Positions 48,013-57,888 of a stretch of DNA of 64,000 nt are shown in pieces. Origin of the DNA: Pseudobdellovibrionaceae bacterium. Its GTDB lineage: Bacteria > Bdellovibrionota > Bdellovibrionia > Bdellovibrionales > JAMPXM01. Positions within the stretch are counted from its first letter, which is position 1. The number at the start of each line of letters is the position of its first letter. The notes under the pieces are model-generated. The model saw nothing but the letters and a program-made list of their open reading frames with translations. It was not told the DNA's origin and did no database searches. Made by a program: the position numbers and the translations under genes. The stretch is taken from the NCBI GenBank assembly GCA_021463345.1, contig JAJTYM010000002.1:33422-97421 (forward strand). The letters are read 5' to 3'.

Positions 48013-48296
48013 GGGGCCTCCCCGTCCTCTCGGACCTTGAATCCGGCGGAACCCGTTCCCGGATCGGCGGTCGTCCTTTCGATCCCGTCGACCCTCGCGA
48101 ACGCCGGGCCACGCCCGATGGCCCGCTCGAACTCCGCCAACGCCCCCTCCTCGCCGCCGGCGAGGACCTCCACGCGGCCGTCGCGCAGGTTCCGCACCCA
48201 ACCGCTCAATTTCAGCGCGGCGGCGCGCTTTCGCGTGAAATTGCGGAAACCCACGCCTTGCACGCGCCCTCGCACGAGGTAGTGACGGCACTCCAT
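47994..48296 (-). CDS. acyP: acylphosphatase
   Basis: The 100-aa ORF carries the signature VRGRVQGVGFR and WVRNLRDGRVEV. Confidence 0.85.
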   Translation of the reverse strand: MECRHYLVRGRVQGVGFRNFTRKRAAALKLSGWVRNLRDGRVEVLAGGEEGALAEFERAIGRGPAFARVDGIERTTADPGTGSAGFKVREDGEAPWAQGS

Positions 48297-48337
48297 ATTT
48301 TGACATTCCCGGCTGCCATTGCTAATGACAACTTGTT

Positions 48338-49042
48338 ATGCAGAGCACCAACGGACCCCCGATCGACGTCCAAGCTCCTCCCGAACTGGCTCCGTTCATC
48401 GACCATACGCTCTTGAAGCCGGACGCGACCGCGGCCGACGTCGAGCGCCTTTGCGAAGAAGCCTTGCGTTTCGGCTTCAAAGGCGTGTGCGTGAATTCGG
48501 CGTTCGTCGCGCGGGCGGCGGCCAGGCTCCAAGGATCGGCCGTCTTGCCCGTTTCCGTCGTGGGCTTCCCGCTGGGCGCGATGCTCACCGACGCCAAAGC
48601 GCGCGAAACCGAGCTCGCGGTGGCCGCCGGAGCCAGGGAAATCGACGTGGTGATCGCCCTTGGCGCGGTCAAAGCCGGCGACTTCGCGTCCGCGGAGAAC
48701 GACGTGCGCGCCATCGTGCGCGCGGCGGGCGCGGCGCCGGTCAAAGTGATCATCGAAACCGGCCTCCTGACCGCCGACGAGATCGCGGCCTCCTGCCGCG
48801 CGAGCGAGGCGGCGGGCGCGGCGTTCGTGAAGACCGCGACCGGGTTCCTCGGCCGCGGCGCGACTCTCGAAGACATCGTCCTCATGAAACGGTCCTGCTC
48901 CCCAGGGATGAGAATCAAAGCGAGCGGCGGCGTGAGGACGTTCGCGACAGCGCGCGACCTGCTGCGCGCGGGCGCGTGCCGACTTGGCACGAGCAACGGC
49001 GTCGCGCTCATGGCCGACGGCGTGGCCGGCGCCGGTTACTGA
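48338..49042 (+). CDS. deoC: deoxyribose-phosphate aldolase
   Basis: IDHTLLKPDAT, VKVIIETG and the Schiff-base region AAFVKTATGF are present. Length is 234 aa. Confidence 0.9.
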   Translation: MQSTNGPPIDVQAPPELAPFIDHTLLKPDATAADVERLCEEALRFGFKGVCVNSAFVARAAARLQGSAVLPVSVVGFPLGAMLTDAKARETELAVAAGAREIDVVIALGAVKAGDFASAENDVRAIVRAAGAAPVKVIIETGLLTADEIAASCRASEAAGAAFVKTATGFLGRGATLEDIVLMKRSCSPGMRIKASGGVRTFATARDLLRAGACRLGTSNGVALMADGVAGAGY

Positions 49043-49070
49043 AACCAAACACGGCCGGCGAGGGCACCGG

Positions 49071-50390
49071 ATGAGTTACTTTCCCGCGGAATTGATCAAG
49101 AAAAAACGGGCCGGCCGAACGCACGACAGGCGGGAACTCGAGTTCCTCGTCAACGGCTTCGTCGCCGGCGACATCCCGGATTACCAGATGGCCGCGTGGC
49201 TCATGGCGGTTTATTTCAATGGGATGACCGGACCGGAGACCGTCGATCTCACGAGCGTGATGCTGCGCTCGGGTCGCGTACTCGATTTCTCATCGCTCGG
49301 CCGGCCGGCTGTCGACAAGCACTCGACCGGCGGAGTGGGGGACAAAACGAGCCTGATCCTCGCACCGCTCGTGGCCGCCGCCGGCGTGCCCGTGCCGATG
49401 ATCGCGGGTCGAGGCCTCGGCCATACGGGCGGCACGCTCGATAAACTCGAGGCGATCCCGGGCTTCCGCATCGGGCTTTCCCTGGACGAATTCAAAAAAC
49501 AGGTGGATTCGTTCGGCGCGGCCATCATCGGCCAAACCGCCGAGATCTGCCCGGCCGACAAACGCATCTACGCGCTTCGCGACGTGACCGCCACGGTCGA
49601 ATCGCAGCCGCTCATCTGCGCCAGCATCATGTCGAAAAAACTCGCCGAAGGGATCGACGGGCTCGTGCTCGACGTCAAGCACGGCTCTGGCGCCTTCATG
49701 AAAACCGTGGAGCAAGCCGACGAACTCGCGACCAAGCTCATGGGCATAGGCGCCAGCCACGGCAAAAAAGTCGCCGCCCTCCTGACCAGGATGGACGAGC
49801 CCCTGGGCCGCTTCATCGGCAACGCCGTCGAAGTCGGCGAGTGCGTCGCGATTCTGAAAAACGAGCCTTATCTGGGGCGCGCGCCCAGCGAGTTCGCCGA
49901 CACGACCGAACTGACTCTCGAGCTGGCCGGCGCGATGATCTGGCTCGGCGGAGGCGCCCCGACCCTCGAAGCGGGGCGAGCGACGGCCTCGGGTCTCCTC
50001 ACGAGCGGCGAAGCCTGGGAAGCGTTCGCGGCCCTGTGCCGCCGTCAGGGCGGGGACCTCGATCGATTGCCCGTGCCGACCGCGCGAGTGGAGGTGAAAG
50101 CGCGGGCGAGCGGGTATGTCGCGGCGTTCGACGCCGAAAAAATCGGCCTGGCCGCGATCGCCCTGGGCGGCGGACGCCTGAAAACGACCGATACGATCGA
50201 TCCCGTCGCCGGCATCGAGACGCACAGGAAGCTGGGCGACGGGATCCGTGAGGGTGAAACCCTCTTCACGCTCCTCGGCTCTTCGTCGAGCGGCTTCGCG
50301 CAAGCGGAAGCCATGCTTTCGTCGGCGACCACAATTTCCTTGCAAAAACCAGTGGTCCCCAGTTTGATCACCAGGAGAAAGGTGCCTTGA
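49071..50390 (+). CDS. deoA: thymidine/pyrimidine-nucleoside phosphorylase
   Basis: ATG 49071 gives MSYFPAELIKKKRAG. Also present are VDKHSTGGVGDKTSL and GRGLGHTGGTLDKLE. Length is 439 aa. Confidence 0.9.
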   Translation: MSYFPAELIKKKRAGRTHDRRELEFLVNGFVAGDIPDYQMAAWLMAVYFNGMTGPETVDLTSVMLRSGRVLDFSSLGRPAVDKHSTGGVGDKTSLILAPLVAAAGVPVPMIAGRGLGHTGGTLDKLEAIPGFRIGLSLDEFKKQVDSFGAAIIGQTAEICPADKRIYALRDVTATVESQPLICASIMSKKLAEGIDGLVLDVKHGSGAFMKTVEQADELATKLMGIGASHGKKVAALLTRMDEPLGRFIGNAVEVGECVAILKNEPYLGRAPSEFADTTELTLELAGAMIWLGGGAPTLEAGRATASGLLTSGEAWEAFAALCRRQGGDLDRLPVPTARVEVKARASGYVAAFDAEKIGLAAIALGGGRLKTTDTIDPVAGIETHRKLGDGIREGETLFTLLGSSSSGFAQAEAMLSSATTISLQKPVVPSLITRRKVP

Positions 50391-50397
50391 TTCCCCG

Positions 50398-51213
50398 ATG
50401 GTCCAAGAAAGCTTAGAAGAAACCGTCGCTTGCGTCCGTTCACGCTCGAAGCTGAAACCGAGAATGGGCCTCATTCTGGGCTCGGGCCTCGGCAACTTCG
50501 TCAATCACATCCAAGTCGAAACGACGATTCCCTACGACGAGATCCCCTCGTTCGTCGCCCCCTCGGTCGAAGGCCACTCGGGCCGCCTCATCCTCGGCCA
50601 CGTCAAGGGCGTGCCGCTCGCCGTCCTGCAAGGGCGGATCCACTATTACGAGGGCCATTCGATGGCGTCGGTGGTTTATCCCACGCGCTCGCTCTCGATG
50701 CTCGGCATCGAAGTGCTGATGCTCACGAACTCGGCCGGCGGTCTCGACCCGGCGATGAAGCCCGGCGACTTCATGATCATCGACGACCACATCAACCTGA
50801 TGGGCGACAACCCCCTCAAAGGCCCGAACATCGCGCAGCTCGGCCCGCGCTTCCCCGACATGAGCGAGGCCTACGACGCGCGCCTGAACGACAAGATGGA
50901 AGAGATCCTCAAAGCCAAGCGGATCCGCCACCACCGCGGCATCTACTGCGGCGTCTCGGGGCCGACCTACGAAACCCCGGCCGAAGTCCGATACCTCAAG
51001 ATGATCGGCGGCAAAGCCGTCGGGATGAGCACCATCCCCGAGGCGATCGCGGCCAACCACCTGGGTCTGCGCGTTTGCGCTTTGAGCTGCATCACGAACC
51101 TCGCCTCAGGGCTTTCCAAACACAAGCTCTCGCACGAAGAAGTCACGCAAACGGCCAAGGCCGTCGAAGACAAGTTCTGCGACTTCCTCCTCGATTTCAT
51201 CGCGACTATCTGA
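50398..51213 (+). CDS. purine-nucleoside phosphorylase (trimeric PNP/PunA type)
   Basis: GLILGSGLG, EGHSGRLILG, SGPTYETPAEVRYL and VGMSTIPEAIAANH are present. Length is 271 aa. Confidence 0.9.
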   Translation: MVQESLEETVACVRSRSKLKPRMGLILGSGLGNFVNHIQVETTIPYDEIPSFVAPSVEGHSGRLILGHVKGVPLAVLQGRIHYYEGHSMASVVYPTRSLSMLGIEVLMLTNSAGGLDPAMKPGDFMIIDDHINLMGDNPLKGPNIAQLGPRFPDMSEAYDARLNDKMEEILKAKRIRHHRGIYCGVSGPTYETPAEVRYLKMIGGKAVGMSTIPEAIAANHLGLRVCALSCITNLASGLSKHKLSHEEVTQTAKAVEDKFCDFLLDFIATI

Positions 51214-51256
51214 GCGAAAGTCGCGCATCGGCTCCGGGAGCGCGGCGGGGGTTTTT

Positions 51257-52570
51257 ATGACGACGATCCTGCGCAACGGCCTCATCGTGACCATGAACCG
51301 CGACCGCGACGTGTTCAGGGGCGAAATCCACATCGAAGGCGACCGGATCGCCTACGCCGGAAAAAGCCGGAAACCCGCCGGCGCCGACGCGCGCGTCATC
51401 GATTGTTCCGGCCAATTTGTCCTTCCCGGCCTCATCCAAGCGCACGTGCACTTGTGCCAAGCGCTTTTCCGCGGCGACGCCGACGACTTGAGCCTGCTCG
51501 ACTGGCTGAAAAAACGCATCTGGCCCTTCGAGAACGCGCACACGGCCCCGAGCCTCCGCGCCTCGGCGATGATCGGCGTGCTCGAGATGCAGAAATCGGG
51601 CACGACCGCGATCCTCGACATGGGCACCGTCAAGCACACCCAAGCGCTCCTCGAAGCCGTGAGCGGAAGCGGCATGCGCTATTGGGGCGGCAAATGCCTG
51701 ATGGACCTCAAATCCGCCTCGGGCCCCCTCCGCGAGAAAACAGCCGACGCGCTGAAAGAAACCGAGGATCTCGTCAGGGAGTGGCGGGACAAGAACGAAC
51801 TCGTCGAATACGCGCTCTGCCCGCGTTTCGCCGTCTCGTGCACCAAAGGCCTGATGGAAGCGATGGTCGACCTGCAGGCGCGCGAACGGATCTTGATCCA
51901 CACGCACGCCTCCGAGAGCAAAGACGAGGTCGCGGCCGTCAAGAGGCGCACCGGGCGGGACAACGTCGATTATCTCGATTCGCTCGGCATGCTCAACGAA
52001 AAGACGGTGATCGCCCACGGCGTGCACCTCACCAAGGGCGAAACGAATAAAATGGCGCGCTCCGGGACGCCGCTCGTGCACTGCCCGAGCTCGAACTTGA
52101 AGCTCGCCAGCGGCATCGCCCCCATTCAAGCCTACGTGGACGCGGGCCTGAAAGTCGCGCTCGGCTCCGACGGAGCCCCCTGCAACAACTCGATGGACGC
52201 GTTCATCGAGATGCGCCTGACGGCGCTTTTGCAAAAACCGAGATTCGGCCCCGAAGCCCTGCCCGCGCGGACCGCGCTCGAACTCGCGACCCTCGGAGGG
52301 GCCCGCGCTTTGGGCGCCGAAGACAGGATCGGCTCGCTCGAGGAGGGCAAGCTCGCCGACGTCATCACGGTCGACCGTTCTCACCCTTCGGTGGCGACGG
52401 TCGAAAACCCTTATTCCGCGATCGTCTATTCGTGCTCGGGCCGGGACGTGCGCGACGTCTTCATCAACGGCCGCGAGATCGTGCGCGACGGCCGCCACGC
52501 GTTTCTCGACGAGGGCGCCGTCGTCGCCAACGCCAAGCGCGAACGCGCCGCTCTCATGAGACGCCTTTGA
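51257..52570 (+). CDS. amidohydrolase-superfamily nucleoside/nucleobase deaminase (MtaD/SsnA-like)
   Basis: The metal motif is LPGLIQAHVHLCQ. The C-terminal part has VALGSDGAPCNNSMD. Length is 437 aa. The substrate cannot be assigned from sequence. Confidence 0.78.
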   Translation: MTTILRNGLIVTMNRDRDVFRGEIHIEGDRIAYAGKSRKPAGADARVIDCSGQFVLPGLIQAHVHLCQALFRGDADDLSLLDWLKKRIWPFENAHTAPSLRASAMIGVLEMQKSGTTAILDMGTVKHTQALLEAVSGSGMRYWGGKCLMDLKSASGPLREKTADALKETEDLVREWRDKNELVEYALCPRFAVSCTKGLMEAMVDLQARERILIHTHASESKDEVAAVKRRTGRDNVDYLDSLGMLNEKTVIAHGVHLTKGETNKMARSGTPLVHCPSSNLKLASGIAPIQAYVDAGLKVALGSDGAPCNNSMDAFIEMRLTALLQKPRFGPEALPARTALELATLGGARALGAEDRIGSLEEGKLADVITVDRSHPSVATVENPYSAIVYSCSGRDVRDVFINGREIVRDGRHAFLDEGAVVANAKRERAALMRRL

Positions 52571-52801
52571 ACCCGGCGGCGGGAGCCTCGAGCCCGCCCC
52601 GGCGAAGCGGAACGGTCGCCCCGGGTCCGGGAAGAAATTTCCGGGAGCGGCAATCTTTGCCGCTGGACCATCGCACGGATTTTCGCGGATCCGCGCCCGG
52701 AACGCGAATGTTTCATTGTTGGACTAACTCTTTCAGCGCCCCCGGCCGACACTAAGGCATGGAGCGAGGGCAGGACGCTCTCGCTGAGAGGATCGATCGA
52801 C

Positions 52802-54073
52802 ATGGACGTCGGTTACGGCCGCTTTTCCGCTCGCGTTCTCCTGCTCACCGGCGCGCTCTCGGGCCTTTCCGCCTGTACGAGCGACAAGGTCGTCGAGGCG
52901 CCCACCGGGTTCCGGAACTCCAGCTCCCAATGCTCCATCACCGCCGTCCCCGACCGCTTCCTCGTCACTTGGAAAGACGGCTCGATCAGCGTCGAACACG
53001 CGCGGGACCGGAAAACGTTTTTCCAGGAAGTCATGGAGCCGAACAAGGACGGCATCCAGTTCGCCGAACATGACCATGTCATCCGCCTCGCGCCCCCTGG
53101 ACAGGCAGCGCTGGCCCAGGACGCCGGTAACGATTGGGGCCAGAAAATCATCGAGGCGCCGGCCGCCTGGGAGCGCGGCGTGCAGGGCCAGGGCGTCATC
53201 GTCGCCGTCATCGACTCGGGCGTCGACGTCACCCATCCCCAGATCCGCACGCGCTTGGCCTTGAACCCGAACGAAACGATCAACGGCCTGGACGACGACG
53301 GCAACGGATTGGTCGACGACATCGACGGCTACGATTTCGACGAAGACACCCCGTACGTGAGCGACGGCACCGGCCACGGAACGCACGTCGCGGGCGTGAT
53401 CGTCGCCGACCACGACGCTCCCGCCGAGCCCGGAGCCCAACGGATCCAAGGGGTCGCGCCCGGCGCGCGCTTGCTGCCGCTGGACTTCATGAACGATCAG
53501 GGCGCGGGCTCGATCAGCGACGCCATCCGGGCGATTCATTACGCCGTCAGCCGCGGCGCCAGGGTCATCAACGCGAGCTGGGGCGGCGGCGAATGCTCGG
53601 AGACGCTTCGCCAGACGATTTCGGAACTCGGCGCTCACGGCGTGCTCATGGTGGTCGCAGCTGGCAATTCAGGCTCGAACCTCGATTGGGGGCCGGAATT
53701 CCCGGCCGCGTTCAACGACTCCAGTCAACTGACGGTCGCGGCCACCAGTTCACGCGACATTCTGGCGGGATTTTCCAACTATTCGTACTCGCTCGTGCAT
53801 TTAGCCGCGCCGGGCGTGAACATCCTGAGCACATTGCCCAGGGGTCGTGCCGGGCTCCTGAGCGGCACGAGCATGGCGACCCCATTCGTTTCGGCGGCGG
53901 CGGCCCTGCTTTTCAGCTACCGACCCGGTGCCACCGCGGCCCAAGTCCGCCAAGCCTTGTTGAAAAGCGTCGACAAAGACCCTTCGGATCCGCACGGCGT
54001 GCTCGCGGTTCAAACCGGCGGGCGCCTCAACGTGCGGAAAGCACTGGACGAACTCGCTCTCACGGTTCCTTGA
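52802..54073 (+). CDS. S8 subtilisin-family serine protease lipoprotein
   Basis: The lipobox is GALSGLSACTS. The catalytic triad contexts are VAVIDSGVD, GTGHGTHVAG and SGTSMATPF. Length is 423 aa. Confidence 0.88.
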   Translation: MDVGYGRFSARVLLLTGALSGLSACTSDKVVEAPTGFRNSSSQCSITAVPDRFLVTWKDGSISVEHARDRKTFFQEVMEPNKDGIQFAEHDHVIRLAPPGQAALAQDAGNDWGQKIIEAPAAWERGVQGQGVIVAVIDSGVDVTHPQIRTRLALNPNETINGLDDDGNGLVDDIDGYDFDEDTPYVSDGTGHGTHVAGVIVADHDAPAEPGAQRIQGVAPGARLLPLDFMNDQGAGSISDAIRAIHYAVSRGARVINASWGGGECSETLRQTISELGAHGVLMVVAAGNSGSNLDWGPEFPAAFNDSSQLTVAATSSRDILAGFSNYSYSLVHLAAPGVNILSTLPRGRAGLLSGTSMATPFVSAAAALLFSYRPGATAAQVRQALLKSVDKDPSDPHGVLAVQTGGRLNVRKALDELALTVP

Positions 54074-54230
54074 AAACAACCTTGGTTCAGATCTTCAACG
54101 CAGCACTCACATTCTGCGCCGCCCAAAGAGCTCCCCTTCGCCGCTTGCGTAATGCAGTGCGCGAAGAGTAGGTTCTCTTAGTATTTTCAAATACATTCCG
54201 TATTCAGTCATCCGATTGGAGAGCGGCTCG

Positions 54231-55826
54231 ATGAGCACGAACGCCATGAACCCAATGTCAGGCACGCCCATGATCTCCCGCACCGAATCGCGCGTGCGCG
54301 AACTCGAAGATAAAAACGCGGAGGCGCTCCGCGGCGGAGGACCCGAGAGGGTTTCCAAGCACAAAGAGGGCGATCGCCTCACCGCGCGCGAACGCCTCGA
54401 CGTGCTTCTCGACCCGGGCAGTTTCGTCGAAATGGACCGCTTCGTCACCCACCGCAGTTCGAACTTCGGCATGGGCGACAAGAAGATCCTCGGCGACGGG
54501 GTGATCACCGGTTACGGCCGCATCAACGGCAAACTCGTTTACGCTTACTCGCAAGACTTCACGGTTTTCGGCGGCTCGATGTCCCGCACGCAAGCCAACA
54601 AGATCATCAAGATCATGGACATGGCCATGAAAGTCGGGGCGCCCATCATCGGGCTCAACGACTCCGGCGGGGCGCGCATCCAGGAGGGCGTGGAAGCGCT
54701 CGCCGGCTACTCCGACATCTTCCTGCGCAACACGCTCGCCTCGGGCGTCGTGCCCCAGATCAGCGCGATCATGGGCCCCTGCGCCGGGGGCGCCGTGTAC
54801 TCGCCATCGATCACCGACTTCATTTTCATGGTCAAGGACACGAGCTACATGTTCGTCACGGGCCCGGACGTCATCAAGACGGTCACGCACGAAGACGTCA
54901 CCAAAGAACAGCTGGGCGGCGCTCTCGCCCACGCGCAGAAGTCGGGCGTCACGCATTTCGCGACAGACGACGACAAACATTGCCTGCTCATGATCCGCGA
55001 GCTCTTGAACTTCCTTCCGTCGAACAACGTCGACGATCCGCCGGTGCTCCCCACCGCGGACCGCCCCGATCGGGTCGAGGAAGCGCTCAACACGTTCATC
55101 CCCGACAACCCGAAAAAACCCTACGACATGAAAGAACTGGTGAAGATGATCGTCGACGAGGGTTATTTCCTCGAAGTCCATCAGCACTACGCAAAAAACG
55201 TGATCGTGGGCTTCTCCCGCTTCAACGGCCGAGCCGTTGGCATCGTCGCCAACCAACCGCAGATCCTCGCCGGCTGCTTGAACATCGACGCCTCCAAAAA
55301 GGCCGCGCGCTTCGTGCGCTTCTGCGACGCCTTCAACATCCCGCTCGTGACGCTCGTCGATGTCCCCGGCTTCTTGCCTGGCACGGATCAGGAATGGAAC
55401 GGCATCATCACTCACGGCGCGAAGCTGCTTTACGCGTACGCGGAAGCGACGGTGCCGAAGATCACCGTCATCACCCGCAAGGACTACGGCGGCGCGTACT
55501 GCGTGATGAGCTCCAAGCATTTGCGGGGCGACGTGAATCTCGCCTACCCCACGGCCGAGATCGCGGTCATGGGCGCCGACGGCGCGGTGAACATCATCTT
55601 CCGCGACGCGATCAAGAAAGCCTCCGATCAAGCCGCCGAGAAAGCGCGCCTCACCGCCGATTACGAGCGGAAGTTCGCCAATCCTTACGTCGCCGCCGAG
55701 AACGGCTTCATCGACGAAGTCATAGAACCCGCGCTCACGCGCAAGCGCATCATCGACGCGCTCGAGATGCTCAAGAACAAGAAAGACACGAACCCGCTCA
55801 GAAAGCACGGCAACATTCCGCTGTGA
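54231..55826 (+). CDS. pccB: propionyl-CoA carboxylase beta subunit / methylmalonyl-CoA carboxyltransferase
   Basis: GGAGAG SD precedes ATG 54231. Carboxyltransferase strings include [24 protein letters not shown] and GVIVANQP-like [13 protein letters not shown]. Confidence 0.9.
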   Translation: MSTNAMNPMSGTPMISRTESRVRELEDKNAEALRGGGPERVSKHKEGDRLTARERLDVLLDPGSFVEMDRFVTHRSSNFGMGDKKILGDGVITGYGRINGKLVYAYSQDFTVFGGSMSRTQANKIIKIMDMAMKVGAPIIGLNDSGGARIQEGVEALAGYSDIFLRNTLASGVVPQISAIMGPCAGGAVYSPSITDFIFMVKDTSYMFVTGPDVIKTVTHEDVTKEQLGGALAHAQKSGVTHFATDDDKHCLLMIRELLNFLPSNNVDDPPVLPTADRPDRVEEALNTFIPDNPKKPYDMKELVKMIVDEGYFLEVHQHYAKNVIVGFSRFNGRAVGIVANQPQILAGCLNIDASKKAARFVRFCDAFNIPLVTLVDVPGFLPGTDQEWNGIITHGAKLLYAYAEATVPKITVITRKDYGGAYCVMSSKHLRGDVNLAYPTAEIAVMGADGAVNIIFRDAIKKASDQAAEKARLTADYERKFANPYVAAENGFIDEVIEPALTRKRIIDALEMLKNKKDTNPLRKHGNIPL

Positions 55827-55851
55827 GCGAAGGCCGAGGAGAAGCGCCGTT

Positions 55852-57345
55852 ATGTTCAAAAAAGTCCTGATCGCCAACCGCGGCGAGATCGCGCTGCGCG
55901 TGATTCGCGGCTGCCGCGATCTCGGTATCGACTCGGTGGCCGTGTATTCGGACGCCGACCGCGACAGCCTCCACGTCGTGCTCGCGGACGAGGCCTACAA
56001 CATCGGCCCCGCGCCCAGCAAGGACTCGTACCTGAGGATCGAGAAAATCATCGACGTCGCCAAAAAATGCGGCGCCGACGCCATCCACCCCGGTTACGGC
56101 TTCCTTTCCGAAAACGCCCAATTCGCCGAGGCGTGCCAGGATGCCGGGATCGTCTTCATCGGGCCGACGCCCGGGAACATCCGCGCGATGGGCGACAAAC
56201 TCTCCGCCATCAAGCTGATGAAAGCCGCCAACGTCCCCACCGTTCCCGGTTCCGAAGGTCCGGTGGACACGGTGGAGGACGCCAAAAGAATCTGCGAAAA
56301 GATCGGATTGCCGGTCATCATCAAGGCGACCGCCGGCGGGGGCGGCAAGGGCATGCGGATCGTCCATAAGGTGGAGGATCTCGAAAGCTCCTATCGCTCC
56401 GCGCGCTCGGAGGGCCTCAATTATTTCAAGAACGACGCGGTCTACATCGAACGCTACGTCCGGAACCCGAAACACATCGAAATCCAGGTGTTCGGGGACA
56501 AACACGGCAACGTCGTCCATCTCTACGAGCGCGAATGCTCGATCCAACGCCGCCACCAGAAGCTCATAGAGGAAAGCCCGAGCCCGTCGGTGCCGCCGGA
56601 GATCCGCGCGCGGCTCGGCGAAGTCGCCGTGCGCGCGGCCAAATCGATCAACTACGTCGGCGCCGGCACGTTCGAATTCATTTTCGACAACGCGACCAAA
56701 GAATTCTTCTTCATGGAAATGAACACCCGCCTCCAGGTCGAGCACCCGATCACGGAACTCGTGACCGGCACCGACCTCGTGCAGGAACAGTTGTTCGTGG
56801 CCATGGGGCGGCCGCTCAGCTTCAAGCAGGAGGACATCGTCCAACGCGGCCACGCCATAGAGGCGCGCATCTGCGCCGAGGACCCTGTCACCTTCGTGCC
56901 GAGCCCGGGCATCATCCGCCGTTGCCGCCACCCGCAAGGCCCGTTCATCCGCGTCGACTCATACGCCTACCCCGGCTACGAGGTTCCGATCCATTACGAT
57001 CCGATGATCGCCAAGCTCATCGCATGGGGCACGAATCGCGAGGAGGCGGTCCGCCGCCTGGACCGGGCGCTCACCGAGTTCACGCTCACTGGCATCAAAA
57101 CCAACATCATCCTGCACAAATCGATCCTGGCCGCGCCGAAGTTCCTCGACGGGTCGTACACGACGCAGTTCTGCGACAAGGACCTCGAAGTCAAAATGCC
57201 GAAGCTCTTCCGCATCGTCGATGACCACGTCTTCCTGATCACGGCCGCGATCGCCGCCTTCAACGACAAGAAATCCAAGAACGTCTCCGAGTACAGCGTC
57301 GCGAGCCGCTGGAAGAGCCTGGGCCGCAAGGCGCAGTTGAGGTGA
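55852..57345 (+). CDS. biotin carboxylase subunit of an acyl-CoA carboxylase (no fused BCCP)
   Basis: MFKKVLIANRGEIALRVIR. The ATP-grasp motif is GGGGKGMRIV. EMNTRLQVEHPITE is also present. Length is 497 aa. Confidence 0.9.
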   Translation: MFKKVLIANRGEIALRVIRGCRDLGIDSVAVYSDADRDSLHVVLADEAYNIGPAPSKDSYLRIEKIIDVAKKCGADAIHPGYGFLSENAQFAEACQDAGIVFIGPTPGNIRAMGDKLSAIKLMKAANVPTVPGSEGPVDTVEDAKRICEKIGLPVIIKATAGGGGKGMRIVHKVEDLESSYRSARSEGLNYFKNDAVYIERYVRNPKHIEIQVFGDKHGNVVHLYERECSIQRRHQKLIEESPSPSVPPEIRARLGEVAVRAAKSINYVGAGTFEFIFDNATKEFFFMEMNTRLQVEHPITELVTGTDLVQEQLFVAMGRPLSFKQEDIVQRGHAIEARICAEDPVTFVPSPGIIRRCRHPQGPFIRVDSYAYPGYEVPIHYDPMIAKLIAWGTNREEAVRRLDRALTEFTLTGIKTNIILHKSILAAPKFLDGSYTTQFCDKDLEVKMPKLFRIVDDHVFLITAAIAAFNDKKSKNVSEYSVASRWKSLGRKAQLR

Positions 57346-57348
57346 TCC

Positions 57349-57885
57349 ATGTTCTTCGAAGCCGAACTCCGCGACAAGCATTATAAGATCGACGTCACAG
57401 AGACGCGTACGCACTGGAGGGTCAATCTCCAGGAGGAAGACGGGGAATGGATCCGCTACGACGTCTCGAAGAACGACTACAAAATGGTCGAGAGCATCGT
57501 GTCGTTGATCTTCGCCGGCGGCTCCTACGTCTTGGACGTTTACGGGTCCGGGACCGAGTACAACGTCTACACCCGCGGCAGTTACCGCAACGTGAAGATC
57601 TACAACGATGAAAGCCTCCTTCACGAGAGCCTGAAGCGCGGCGGCCAGCTCGGCGCGGAAGCCCAGCTCACCGCCGGCATGCCCGGAAAAATCGTCAAGG
57701 TCATGGTGAGCAAGGGCGACATCGTCAAAGCGAACCAGCCCCTGCTTGTGATGGAAGCCATGAAAATGGAAAACGAGATGCGCGCTTCCCACGAGGTGAG
57801 GATCAGGGACGTGCTGGTACAGCCCGGCGACAGCGTCGAAGCCGGTTCCACGCTCATCTCCTTCGAACCCGCGGGGACGGGCTGA
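57349..57885 (+). CDS. biotin carboxyl carrier / biotinyl-domain protein
   Basis: The C-terminal biotinylation motif is LLVMEAMKMENEMRA. The 178-aa ORF starts 4 nt after the biotin carboxylase. Confidence 0.8.
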   Translation: MFFEAELRDKHYKIDVTETRTHWRVNLQEEDGEWIRYDVSKNDYKMVESIVSLIFAGGSYVLDVYGSGTEYNVYTRGSYRNVKIYNDESLLHESLKRGGQLGAEAQLTAGMPGKIVKVMVSKGDIVKANQPLLVMEAMKMENEMRASHEVRIRDVLVQPGDSVEAGSTLISFEPAGTG

Positions 57886-57888
57886 TCC

